DNA from: Magnetococcales bacterium
GTDB lineage: Bacteria > Pseudomonadota > Magnetococcia > Magnetococcales > JADFWT01
Assembly (NCBI GenBank): GCA_015233785.1
Contig: JADFWT010000002.1
Span: 2,598 to 66,597 of the forward strand
Reading direction: 5' to 3'
DNA: 64,000 bases
The notes under the pieces were generated by a model that worked only from the letters and a program-made list of their open reading frames with translations, was not told the origin of the DNA and made no database searches. Positions within the stretch are counted from its first letter, which is position 1. Each line of letters starts with the position of its first letter. The position numbers and the translations under genes are program-made. This document shows positions 26,866 through 35,129 of this stretch, one piece after another.

Positions 26866-29535
26866 TCAAACTTTCTCTTCACTATAGTAGCCGGATTCAG
26901 CTCCATAGCTGGCACCGTAGCCGTAACCGTAACCGTAACCGTATCCGTATCCGCCGTAACCGTAACCGTATCCGCCGTATCGGTACCCACCGCTGTAGTA
27001 GTAAACCAGCTTCTGCATATCGACATGGTTCAGCACGCATCCAACCACGTTAATTTGTGAGCGCGTAAGCCGTTTTAGTGCGCCAAGCACGGTCTCGCGG
27101 CCCACTTTACCGGCTCGCACCACAAACACAAGGCCATCCACCTGCTCACCCAGAACCTGGGCATCGGTAACGATCAGGGTCGGAGGGGCATCAATAATGA
27201 TACGATCATAATGTTGTTTTAAAACAGCCACCATCTCCTTCCAGCGGTCGGAGGAGAGAATTTCACTGGGCAGAGGTGGAATGGCTCCGGCGGGGAGTAC
27301 ATGGAGACCGTGCACCGACTCAATCACCTCACGTCGAATCACATCAATCTGAAGTTGGCGGCGGTCACCTACTTCGTTGCGTTGTTCTCGTTTTCGACGA
27401 CGTTTCAGGCCGCTACGCTGATCGATGGTTCCTTCCGGCGGGGTGGCCTTATCAGGATTGGTCCGCCGTTCTTTTTCAAGGCGTCGTTCAGCTTCCGTCC
27501 GTCGTTCAGCACTCCGTTTACGTCGCTCCCGCTCCAGGAATCCAGCCAATAATCCGGTGACGCCTTTGGAGGGGGTTACATCAAAGATGGTCTTGAAGCG
27601 TGGTTTGCGCAGGTCGGCCTCCAGCAGAATGACCCGCTCACCGGCCTGCAAAAAGGCTTGCGCCATATTGATGGCCACCGTGGTTTTGCCCTCTTCAGGT
27701 ACGGCAGAGGTCACCATAATGGTCTGATGCTGACAGTCGATATCGGAGAAGAGCAGGCTGGTGCGCAAACTTCGTATCGCTTCCGCATAGTTGGATTTTG
27801 GGTGGGTAGCCTGCATCTCCTCGGGAATGGAAGCATCTCGTTTGCGTAGCCGCAGAAGAGGCAAGGTGGAGAAGAGGGGCAGACCGGATGTCTGCTCAAG
27901 ATCCTCGGGGGTCTTGAAGGAGGTATCCATCGATTCCAGCAGCACAGCCAGTACGATGCCAAGGGCGATGCCGAACAGTGCTGCCTGCATCAGGATTCGT
28001 TTTCGGTGCGGTTTAAAGCTCCCTCCCGGTGCTCTGGCAGGATCGACGATGCGTGCGTTGGCCGATTGCATGCCTTCGGCGGCGCCGGTCTCTTTGAAGC
28101 GCTTTAAGAACATGTCATATAGTTGACGATTAGCGGCCACTTCACGTTCTAGTTTGTTGAGTCTGAAATTCTTTTTTGTTGCAGTTTGAATATGTTGTTT
28201 CTTCTCCTCAAACTGGACTGCCAGTTGACGGGTATGAGCGGCGGAGACGTTGTATTCCTGCTTGACGGTGGCGACCAGGCGGGTGATCTCCAGTCGAATT
28301 TTTTTCCGCATCTGAGAGCGATCTGCCGAGGCGCGGATCATCTCGGGATGGCGTGGCCCATACCGTTCGGAGAGCTTGGCCAGTTTGGCTTCTACGCTGG
28401 CATACTCATTTTTCAAAGAGAGCAGTAGTGGGCTATCCTGGAGCGGCAGATTGGTGAGGTCGTTGCGATAGGTCTGGATACTGGATCGCAGTCGGTCGTA
28501 ACGGGCTTTAAGGGCAGCCTGATTGGCTCGGGCCTCCATGAGTTGCTGGCTGATGTTCGCCAACTGTTGAGTCTCCAATCCTTCGGAGTTGCTGGAGGAG
28601 CCCACCATGCCAGTGCTCTCACGATAACGTTGTAGTTCGTTTTCCGATTTATCCAGTGTGTGTCGTAATCCTTCCAAGCGTTCCATCAGCCAATTGGCGG
28701 CGTGTTGCGTCATTTGGAGCTTGGCCTCCAGTTGTTGATCGATATAGGTTTCAGCTACTGTATTGGCCACCTTGGCGGCCAGCTCCGGGTCTTGGGAGAC
28801 GTAGGAGATTCTGACCAGTTGGCTGGCCCCGACCGTGGTGACACCAATGCCACCGGCAACAGCGCCCACGATGCCTTCCCAGCGATCCGGGTTCTCTTTT
28901 CGCCAGAGATCGGGATCACCATTGGTTTTATAGTGAAGCCGTCTTAAGCGCTCGGTATCCTCTTCCTGTGCGCCTTTGGTCAGTGTGTTGCGAAGTTGCT
29001 CAGGGAGGGGCATGCTGAGCAGAACCCGTTTTGGTACCCAATTTTCGAGCTGCCAGCCACGTCGTTTGGCCTGTACACTGGGGTCGAACTCCGGGGCCAG
29101 ATAGATACGGCTGCGACGCACCACTTCGTGGGCCAGTTCACGGCTTTTTATAAGTTCGAGCTGGGTAGACAGATAGCCACGGGATTGGTTGTCAACACTA
29201 TAGACCTGCTCAATGGAGATCACTTTGTTGGCCGACTCCGGCTCAATGAGCATGGTGGCAGAGGCACGATAGAGCGGTACCAGGGACCATGCATGGAGGG
29301 CCGAGGGTATGACCACCAACAGGGCGATAATCATCACCTGCCATTTGCGCTTGCGGACGATATTCAGATACTGGCGAATGGAGATGCCCTGCTCGTCCTC
29401 ACCCGGCTCCATTAGGGCAGAGGGAGGAGGGCGGCGTTTTCGTTGTTGCTCCTTGGGCTCTTCCAGGGTCGTTGATTTGTTGGCCTCTTGAATCGAGCCA
29501 CCAGTAATCTGAGACAGAGACGTAATGGGTTCCAC
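26866..29535 (-). CDS. Wzc-type polysaccharide co-polymerase / BY-tyrosine kinase with a Gly-Tyr repeat tail
   Basis: Wzz-type periplasmic coiled-coil region between two TM segments. Walker A PEEGKTTVAINMA, A' VILLEADLRKP, B IIIDAPP. C-terminal tail YYYSGGYRYGGYGYGYGGYGYGYGYGYGYGASYGAESGYY. Confidence 0.9.
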   Translation of the reverse strand: MEPITSLSQITGGSIQEANKSTTLEEPKEQQRKRRPPPSALMEPGEDEQGISIRQYLNIVRKRKWQVMIIALLVVIPSALHAWSLVPLYRASATMLIEPESANKVISIEQVYSVDNQSRGYLSTQLELIKSRELAHEVVRRSRIYLAPEFDPSVQAKRRGWQLENWVPKRVLLSMPLPEQLRNTLTKGAQEEDTERLRRLHYKTNGDPDLWRKENPDRWEGIVGAVAGGIGVTTVGASQLVRISYVSQDPELAAKVANTVAETYIDQQLEAKLQMTQHAANWLMERLEGLRHTLDKSENELQRYRESTGMVGSSSNSEGLETQQLANISQQLMEARANQAALKARYDRLRSSIQTYRNDLTNLPLQDSPLLLSLKNEYASVEAKLAKLSERYGPRHPEMIRASADRSQMRKKIRLEITRLVATVKQEYNVSAAHTRQLAVQFEEKKQHIQTATKKNFRLNKLEREVAANRQLYDMFLKRFKETGAAEGMQSANARIVDPARAPGGSFKPHRKRILMQAALFGIALGIVLAVLLESMDTSFKTPEDLEQTSGLPLFSTLPLLRLRKRDASIPEEMQATHPKSNYAEAIRSLRTSLLFSDIDCQHQTIMVTSAVPEEGKTTVAINMAQAFLQAGERVILLEADLRKPRFKTIFDVTPSKGVTGLLAGFLERERRKRSAERRTEAERRLEKERRTNPDKATPPEGTIDQRSGLKRRRKREQRNEVGDRRQLQIDVIRREVIESVHGLHVLPAGAIPPLPSEILSSDRWKEMVAVLKQHYDRIIIDAPPTLIVTDAQVLGEQVDGLVFVVRAGKVGRETVLGALKRLTRSQINVVGCVLNHVDMQKLVYYYSGGYRYGGYGYGYGGYGYGYGYGYGYGASYGAESGYYSEEKV
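26917..26990. repeat. Hexanucleotide (GTARCC)n coding microsatellite for the Gly-Tyr tail
   Basis: gtagccgtaaccgtaaccgtaaccgtatccgtatccgccgtaaccgtaaccgtatccgccgta... read directly from the sequence. Confidence 0.9.
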
Positions 29536-29635
29536 ATATCCTCCCCGCCCAGAAAATCAATGCATTGGGCCGGATCAGGGGTGATGATCTAAATGACGCC
29601 AATGGCGTCGGTTGCATCGCAGACGTGTAAGAATT

Positions 29636-30217
29636 CTACCAGAATCCCTCAGTCACTGTGATGATGTCGCCGGGGAACAGAGGGTCGTTGAGGCCAATGG
29701 GGCGTTCAGTATAGGAGGCATCATTGCCGCGAATGACGGTGATGCCATCTTGGTTCGCCCGTTCTGAGAAGCCGCCTGCCAACACAATGGCTTTGCGAAC
29801 GGTAAGTCCAGGTCGGTATGGAAATCCACCGGATTTACGGACTTCACCATTCACAAAGTAGATACGGTATTCGACGATGGAGACGTAGACTCGAGGGTTG
29901 CGGAGATAGCCATCCGAGAGGCGGTTGCGAATCAGGGTTTCCAGCTCCTTGATGGTGGAACCAGTAACGGAAATCTCGCCAAGAAAGGTATAGGAGATGA
30001 AACCGTGGGGGGAGACGGTGATCTCCATGGAGAGATCTTTTTCTCCATCCACGTTGATCTGTATTTTGTCTCCAGGGCCTAGATGATACTGGGTGCGGAA
30101 GGTCTCGGCAGCATGCGCTTGACCGCCTGTTTGAGCTTCCGCCATCATCAGTGGCACAAGAGTCCAGACAAGGGCAATGGCCGAGGCCAGGGTTATGGAC
30201 CAGAGAGAGTGGGCCAT
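29636..30217 (-). CDS. Short OPX (Wza-like) polysaccharide export protein: Poly_export + SLBB, no C-terminal membrane helix
   Basis: YHLGPGDKIQINV...GEISVTGSTIKELETLIRNRLSDGYLRNPRV (Poly_export) and YFVNGEVRKSGGFPYRPGLTVRKAIVLAGGF (SLBB). The protein ends at ...ITVTEGFW. The signal-like start MAHSLWSITLASAIALVW is at 30217. Confidence 0.85.
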   Translation of the reverse strand: MAHSLWSITLASAIALVWTLVPLMMAEAQTGGQAHAAETFRTQYHLGPGDKIQINVDGEKDLSMEITVSPHGFISYTFLGEISVTGSTIKELETLIRNRLSDGYLRNPRVYVSIVEYRIYFVNGEVRKSGGFPYRPGLTVRKAIVLAGGFSERANQDGITVIRGNDASYTERPIGLNDPLFPGDIITVTEGFW

Positions 30218-30356
30218 CCTTCGCACAAGAATTCTCCTTTTCGCATCCCGAGTGACGAGTGAAACGCCGTACAGCATAAAGCATCTCCGGTGTGGATGAT
30301 TGGGTCCACATCGGAGTCTGCGATTATGACTGAACTGCGGCGTCTCCGAAGGAGCG

Positions 30357-31541
30357 TCACAAACCTCCAGTCAGCGAAACGGAATAGGTATTGTTAGCGT
30401 AGCTGGAGCCGGAGGCATTTGAGTCCTTCATGGTTCGGGTCAAGTCTACACCAAGTGAGAGCCAACGCGGAAATTTATATTGTGCACCCAGTGCAGCATT
30501 CCAGGTTTCATCTTTCTGGGTTTTTGTGAATGCGCTGTGTTTGTAGCCCATAGACCCGCTCATGCTCAGGTAGGAGCGGAGGGTGTATTGCGCTGAAAGT
30601 GTGGCACTTGTATCCACCGAATAGGCATCTGTGGTTCCACCGTCCTCGAAGCTACGTTTCAGGTTCAGGGAGAAGTAAGCTTTGGAGCTGGCTTTCCAGT
30701 CGATGCCACTGCCGAGTACCAGGGCTGCTTTGTTATCTAAACCGCTGTTGTCCTCGTGGTGTCTGGAGGTGACACCAATCATGAAGTTTCCACGGGTCTT
30801 GGCTGCCGCTTTCCAGCTTACGCCGATATTTCCGGTGTAGGACTGGTTGTTTCGGGACGATAGGCGATCATACCGTTGCTGGCTATAGGTTGCGTTGGTA
30901 TCAAAACTGGTTTTTGGCGTGACGGGATAGGCAACGGTCAAGCCAAGACCGTTGGTCAGTGGGTCCGTCTCACGCTGGGCTGGATCTGATGAGCGCCTTT
31001 GTTTGGTGGTGGTATTGACCGTCGCCGTGAATTTCTTAAAGCGATAGGCGGCCGAGGTCGTGAGCGAATGTTGGTTATAGGCGCCTGAAGACGCATCAGC
31101 CTGATCGTCATGTTTGACGACATAATCGTAGTTCATGTCAAATTTTAGACGCCTGCGCGGCTGAAATTTGAAGGCCAGTTTGGCGGAGTAGTCGTTATAG
31201 TCATTGGTGGGGCCGGTATTTTTGTGTCGTCCTTGATCGGCACCCAGCGTGCCGGTAAAGGCGTTACGGCGCCAGCGAGTAGTGAAAGCCACGGAGGTGC
31301 TGGTGGTAAGCACCTGATCGGACGTGGTATTGGTCTCCGCAGCATCAATATTCTCATTGTACTGAGACGTCACCACCATCTTAGGACTCACCCGGAAGAT
31401 ACCCATGGCAATGCCTTTTGGCGCATCGGCCGCAAATATCGCCCCTCCGACACTGGTGGAGATCCCCAGCGTCAGGAAAATGGCGTATCCGGTGCGCCGA
31501 CGCCCACCGGACATGCGTGTATGTTCTCTGCTAACCATCAA
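30357..31541 (-). CDS. Outer-membrane beta-barrel protein associated with the export machinery
   Basis: A signal-like N-terminus, then alternating hydrophobic/polar strands rich in Y/T/S/G/N throughout. The start is uncertain (31541 or 31514). Confidence 0.55.
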   Translation of the reverse strand: MMVSREHTRMSGGRRRTGYAIFLTLGISTSVGGAIFAADAPKGIAMGIFRVSPKMVVTSQYNENIDAAETNTTSDQVLTTSTSVAFTTRWRRNAFTGTLGADQGRHKNTGPTNDYNDYSAKLAFKFQPRRRLKFDMNYDYVVKHDDQADASSGAYNQHSLTTSAAYRFKKFTATVNTTTKQRRSSDPAQRETDPLTNGLGLTVAYPVTPKTSFDTNATYSQQRYDRLSSRNNQSYTGNIGVSWKAAAKTRGNFMIGVTSRHHEDNSGLDNKAALVLGSGIDWKASSKAYFSLNLKRSFEDGGTTDAYSVDTSATLSAQYTLRSYLSMSGSMGYKHSAFTKTQKDETWNAALGAQYKFPRWLSLGVDLTRTMKDSNASGSSYANNTYSVSLTGGL

Positions 31542-31922
31542 TCCGATTGGTAAATGATTGATGCTGCGAACACACTAGTTTCATGACGAGTCCTTTATTT
31601 TTGGCCTGTTTCTTTATTAAAACAGACTCTTATGTCTTCGGTGCCTGAGAAACTCAAAAAACTTTGGAATTCCAGGTCGGAAGTTTCCTCGCTGAGAGAT
31701 TTGCAAGTCATGTGCCGGGGAGGGGAGGGGAGGACGATGTTCAGTAGAAAAGTAAACGTCGCTCATTATGGTTTGGTCATGTTTTGAGCAGAATATCTGG
31801 TGCGTCTTCGTCGGGCTGGATAAAAAACATCTTATAGATTAGTATCTTCAATGCTTATTGAAGGTGAGCGTGTCTATCCTGCATTGCACGGGGTAAGGGA
31901 GCGCAAGAGGGATACCAAGAAA

Positions 31923-32975
31923 TTAGTTGCGTATTCCAAAAAATAGCGTGGTGGCGAAAAGTAACAGGATGAGCAGGAAGAGAATCACCTCTGGGACCAG
32001 CAATAATTGCCCGCCCACACCCACGACTCCGGCCAAGATTGCCCCAGTGATCATGATGCGGCAGCTGCCTTTGACGCCGAAGCCGCGTTGAAGAAGTATG
32101 TGGTGGAGGTGTTTGCGGTCTGGATTGAAGGGTGAGTGGCCTGCGGTAAGGCGGCGGACAAAGGCTCCGAACATATCGAGTAGCGGTACGGCCAATACCC
32201 ACAGAGCAACAGCCGGGCTCATGATGGCCAGATCTCCTTGAGATAAGCGCACGGTATGCCACACCATGGCAAATCCCAGCAGCATACTTCCGGCATCGCC
32301 CATAAAGAGGAATGCGCGTGGGCGACCAAAGAGGCGGGCATTAAAGGCCAGAAAGGGGATCAGGACGAAGATGAAAGCCAATGCGCTGCCGGTCGCCTCA
32401 ACCTGCTGGGCTGCAAGGGCCAGGAGCAGGATTTGTCCAAAGCCAATCAGGGTTAGACCTCCGGCGAGGCCATCAATGCCATCGGTCATGTTGAGCGCGT
32501 TGATCACCCCTACCACGCAAATCACCGTAAAGGGCGCGGCTACGAGGGTGATATCGATGCGGCCGCCTCCCATAAGGTTGCCCAGCGAGTTCACAGAATC
32601 CCCCCCCCAGAGCACCATGGCAACACCCGCCAGGGCCTGAGCGCCAAAGCGAGCCGGAACGCTGAGATCGAAGCGATCATCCAGCAGGCCTACCAGTGTC
32701 AGGCCGACCATGCCGACAATGAATGCCTGAGAGGAGGGGGTGTCGAGGGTTATGCCCACCCCATGCAGGCCCAGAAGGGCACCAGGAAGCATGGCCAACC
32801 CACCCACTACAGGGATGGGGTGGGCGTGCTGTTTGCGGGCATTGGGGCGATCCACCAAACCAACTTTTCGTGCCAGGGGTGGCAGGATCAGCAATAGTAA
32901 GGTAGTCAGCCCAGTACCAGCAATCAGCCAGGGTAGGGACGCGGAAAGAGAAGGCGGCGGCATGACGACGGTCAT
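31923..32975 (-). CDS. WecA/WbpL-like polyprenyl-phosphate hexose/HexNAc-1-phosphate transferase (GT4 MraY/WecA family)
   Basis: DRPNARKQHAHPIPVVGG, NMTDGIDGLAGG, and an 11-TM-like topology. Confidence 0.85.
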   Translation of the reverse strand: MTVVMPPPSLSASLPWLIAGTGLTTLLLLILPPLARKVGLVDRPNARKQHAHPIPVVGGLAMLPGALLGLHGVGITLDTPSSQAFIVGMVGLTLVGLLDDRFDLSVPARFGAQALAGVAMVLWGGDSVNSLGNLMGGGRIDITLVAAPFTVICVVGVINALNMTDGIDGLAGGLTLIGFGQILLLALAAQQVEATGSALAFIFVLIPFLAFNARLFGRPRAFLFMGDAGSMLLGFAMVWHTVRLSQGDLAIMSPAVALWVLAVPLLDMFGAFVRRLTAGHSPFNPDRKHLHHILLQRGFGVKGSCRIMITGAILAGVVGVGGQLLLVPEVILFLLILLLFATTLFFGIRN

Positions 32976-33233
32976 TATTCCCGGGGCATTATGTCAAATC
33001 GTAGATGAATCTCCTGTATCCTAAGGGCTATGATGAGAAGTGGGTAACAAAAAAAGCCACAAGACCGGTTTTTTATTCCTCTGACATGGGTGAGATCGTT
33101 AGCATTGCTGGTGTTAATGGCGGATTAAACGTTGTTCTGATATGCTGATTTGCGCGTTGTTCGGTCCCGTTAGGGGGGCAAATTGAGGCGGCGAAGTCTG
33201 GTGTCGTTTGGATGAAGCGGGAGTCGGTGAATT

Positions 33234-34241
33234 ATGAAAAAGAAGGGCAGTAGCTGGATGATCTGGCTGCAAATCACCATCACGGTGTGTGTGGCGCTGG
33301 TCATCTATAATAAGGTCGATTGGGGCAGTGTCTGGATTTCATGGCGCCGAATTGATCTTGTTTGGGGGGCGGCATCTGTCTTTCTTGTCATGGTGACGTT
33401 GGGGGTCACTACGCTCCGCTGGGGATTTATCGCCAGGGGTTTAGGTTCGCCGCTAAAAAATTCTACAGCCTTCCGCTTTATCTGGTTGGGGATGTTTCTC
33501 AACCAGGCCATGCCTTCTACCATTGGTTCCGATGCGGCCCGGGTGTGGCTGCTGACCCGCGAAGGAGATCAGGCGGGTCGGGCTCTGAATGGGGTGTTGT
33601 TGGATCGGGTTTTGTCTCTGCTGGGCATTTTACTGCTCATCTCCATCAGTCAACCCTGGTTGCTGGAGCTGACCGGTGGTGTGGCCATTGGATATATGCT
33701 TCTCGGCTGGGTGGGGGCCATGCTATTGGGGCTGGTGGGATTGGTGGTGGTGGGTGGACTGGATCTTCCTGAGAGTCGGTATCGTATCGTTCGTGGGGCT
33801 CTGAATCTGATTAAGGATATTCGGATCTACCTTCTCTCGCCCCGTCTGTCGCTCTGGCCGGTCGTATTGACAATGTTCAATTTTGTTGTGCTCTCGGCTG
33901 TGGTGTACGCCTTGGCGAAGGGTTTTGGTTTTTCGTTGGCTTTTGAGCATTCGCTGATTTTGGTGCCAGCGGTTTTTTTGGTCTCCATGCTGCCTATCTC
34001 TTTTGCTGGATGGGGCGTTCGTGAGGGGGCTATGATTGTTGCGCTTGGCTTGGTCGGCATCTCTGAGACGGATGCCACGGCGCTCTCGATTGCTCTTGGG
34101 CTGCTGTTATTGTTGATTGCTTTGCCAGGAGGGCTGTTTTTGGTGACCCTTGGTGGGCTGAATAAATGGCGTCGACAGGTGGAGCAGAGTGAAGTAGGGC
34201 AGGAGGTGGACGCCTCTGCCTCAGATGCAAAATCGAGCTAG
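33234..34241 (+). CDS. UPF0104 / lysyl-PG-synthase-TM-like flippase-like membrane protein
   Basis: LRWGFIARGLG...FIWLGMFLNQAMPSTIGSDAARVWLL pattern in a polytopic membrane protein. Confidence 0.7.
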   Translation: MKKKGSSWMIWLQITITVCVALVIYNKVDWGSVWISWRRIDLVWGAASVFLVMVTLGVTTLRWGFIARGLGSPLKNSTAFRFIWLGMFLNQAMPSTIGSDAARVWLLTREGDQAGRALNGVLLDRVLSLLGILLLISISQPWLLELTGGVAIGYMLLGWVGAMLLGLVGLVVVGGLDLPESRYRIVRGALNLIKDIRIYLLSPRLSLWPVVLTMFNFVVLSAVVYALAKGFGFSLAFEHSLILVPAVFLVSMLPISFAGWGVREGAMIVALGLVGISETDATALSIALGLLLLLIALPGGLFLVTLGGLNKWRRQVEQSEVGQEVDASASDAKSS

Positions 34242-34252
34242 GAGATTGCTCT

Positions 34253-35056
34253 GTGCTGGATCAGATCACGCCGGTCATCATCGCCTTTAATGAGGAGCCC
34301 AACCTGGCCCGCACGCTGGAGAAACTCCGTTGGGCGCGTGAGGTGGTGGTTCTGGATAATTTCAGCAGTGATCGTACACCAGAGATTGTGGCCTCGTTTG
34401 ACAACACGCGTCTGGTGCAGAAGCGCTATCAGGGACAGGCTGATAATTGGCAGACAGCGGTCTTTGAGAGTGGCGTCAGTAGCGACTGGGTATTGGCGTT
34501 GGATGCCGATTATGTGATCTCCAATCGGCTGGTGGAGGAGTTGCGCACTCTGGATCCCCCCGATGGGGTAGGGGGGTATCGGGCTCGCTTTGTCTATGGA
34601 ATTATGGGGCGACCACTGCGTGGTTCGCTCTACCCGCCGGTGACGGTACTGTTTCAGTTAGCGCGCGCCCGCTATATTCAGGATGGTCACACCCAGCGGG
34701 TGGTGGTTCAAGGTGAGGTTCTGCCGCTTAAAGGTCGAATCTTTCACGATGACCGCAAGCCGCTGGGGCGCTGGCTCGCCTCTCAGGATCGCTATGCTCG
34801 TCAGGAGGCGGCATTGATCCGGCAGATGGGCTGGTCTCGCCTTGGCTGGTCGCGGCGCATCCGCAAGCTGGTGATCATGGCCCCTTTTTTGGTACTGCTG
34901 CATACCTTGATTGTGAAGGGGGCGGTTTTGGATGGTCGGGCCGGGTGGTATTACGCCTTCCAGCGCCTGACGGCGGAGTTGATTTTGTCGATGCATCTAT
35001 TGCAGTTGCGTCTGACCCCGGCGGAAGCCGAGAGAGATGAAGAGGCAACATCGTAG
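34253..35056 (+). CDS. Family-2 glycosyltransferase
   Basis: PVIIAFNEEPNLARTLEKLRWAREVVVLDNFSSDRT and LALDADY (DxD-like). Confidence 0.8.
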   Translation: MLDQITPVIIAFNEEPNLARTLEKLRWAREVVVLDNFSSDRTPEIVASFDNTRLVQKRYQGQADNWQTAVFESGVSSDWVLALDADYVISNRLVEELRTLDPPDGVGGYRARFVYGIMGRPLRGSLYPPVTVLFQLARARYIQDGHTQRVVVQGEVLPLKGRIFHDDRKPLGRWLASQDRYARQEAALIRQMGWSRLGWSRRIRKLVIMAPFLVLLHTLIVKGAVLDGRAGWYYAFQRLTAELILSMHLLQLRLTPAEAERDEEATS

Positions 35057-35129
35057 CTTTGTTGAGTATTTGAGTCTGAAGGCGCGCTATCGGGTTGCTT
35101 AACGGATAGAGAGTGAGGAAGCAGGCATT

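Noticed and set aside
26859-27026. N-terminal extension of the phosphatase ORF (MSICRSWFTTTAVGTDTADTVTVTADTDTVTVTVTATV...), which looks like a Thr/Val/Asp repeat peptide
   Set aside because: It is simply the antisense reading of the wzc (GTAACC)n Gly-Tyr repeat. It overlaps the wzc coding end. The conserved PHP domain begins right after Met at 26858, which lies 8 nt past the wzc stop.
31717-31733. G-quadruplex-like run GGGGAGGGGAGGGGAGG in the wecA-like/barrel intergenic region
   Set aside because: There are only three full G4 tracts plus a GG. It lies on the template strand of the operon. There is no supporting context, so it is likely incidental.
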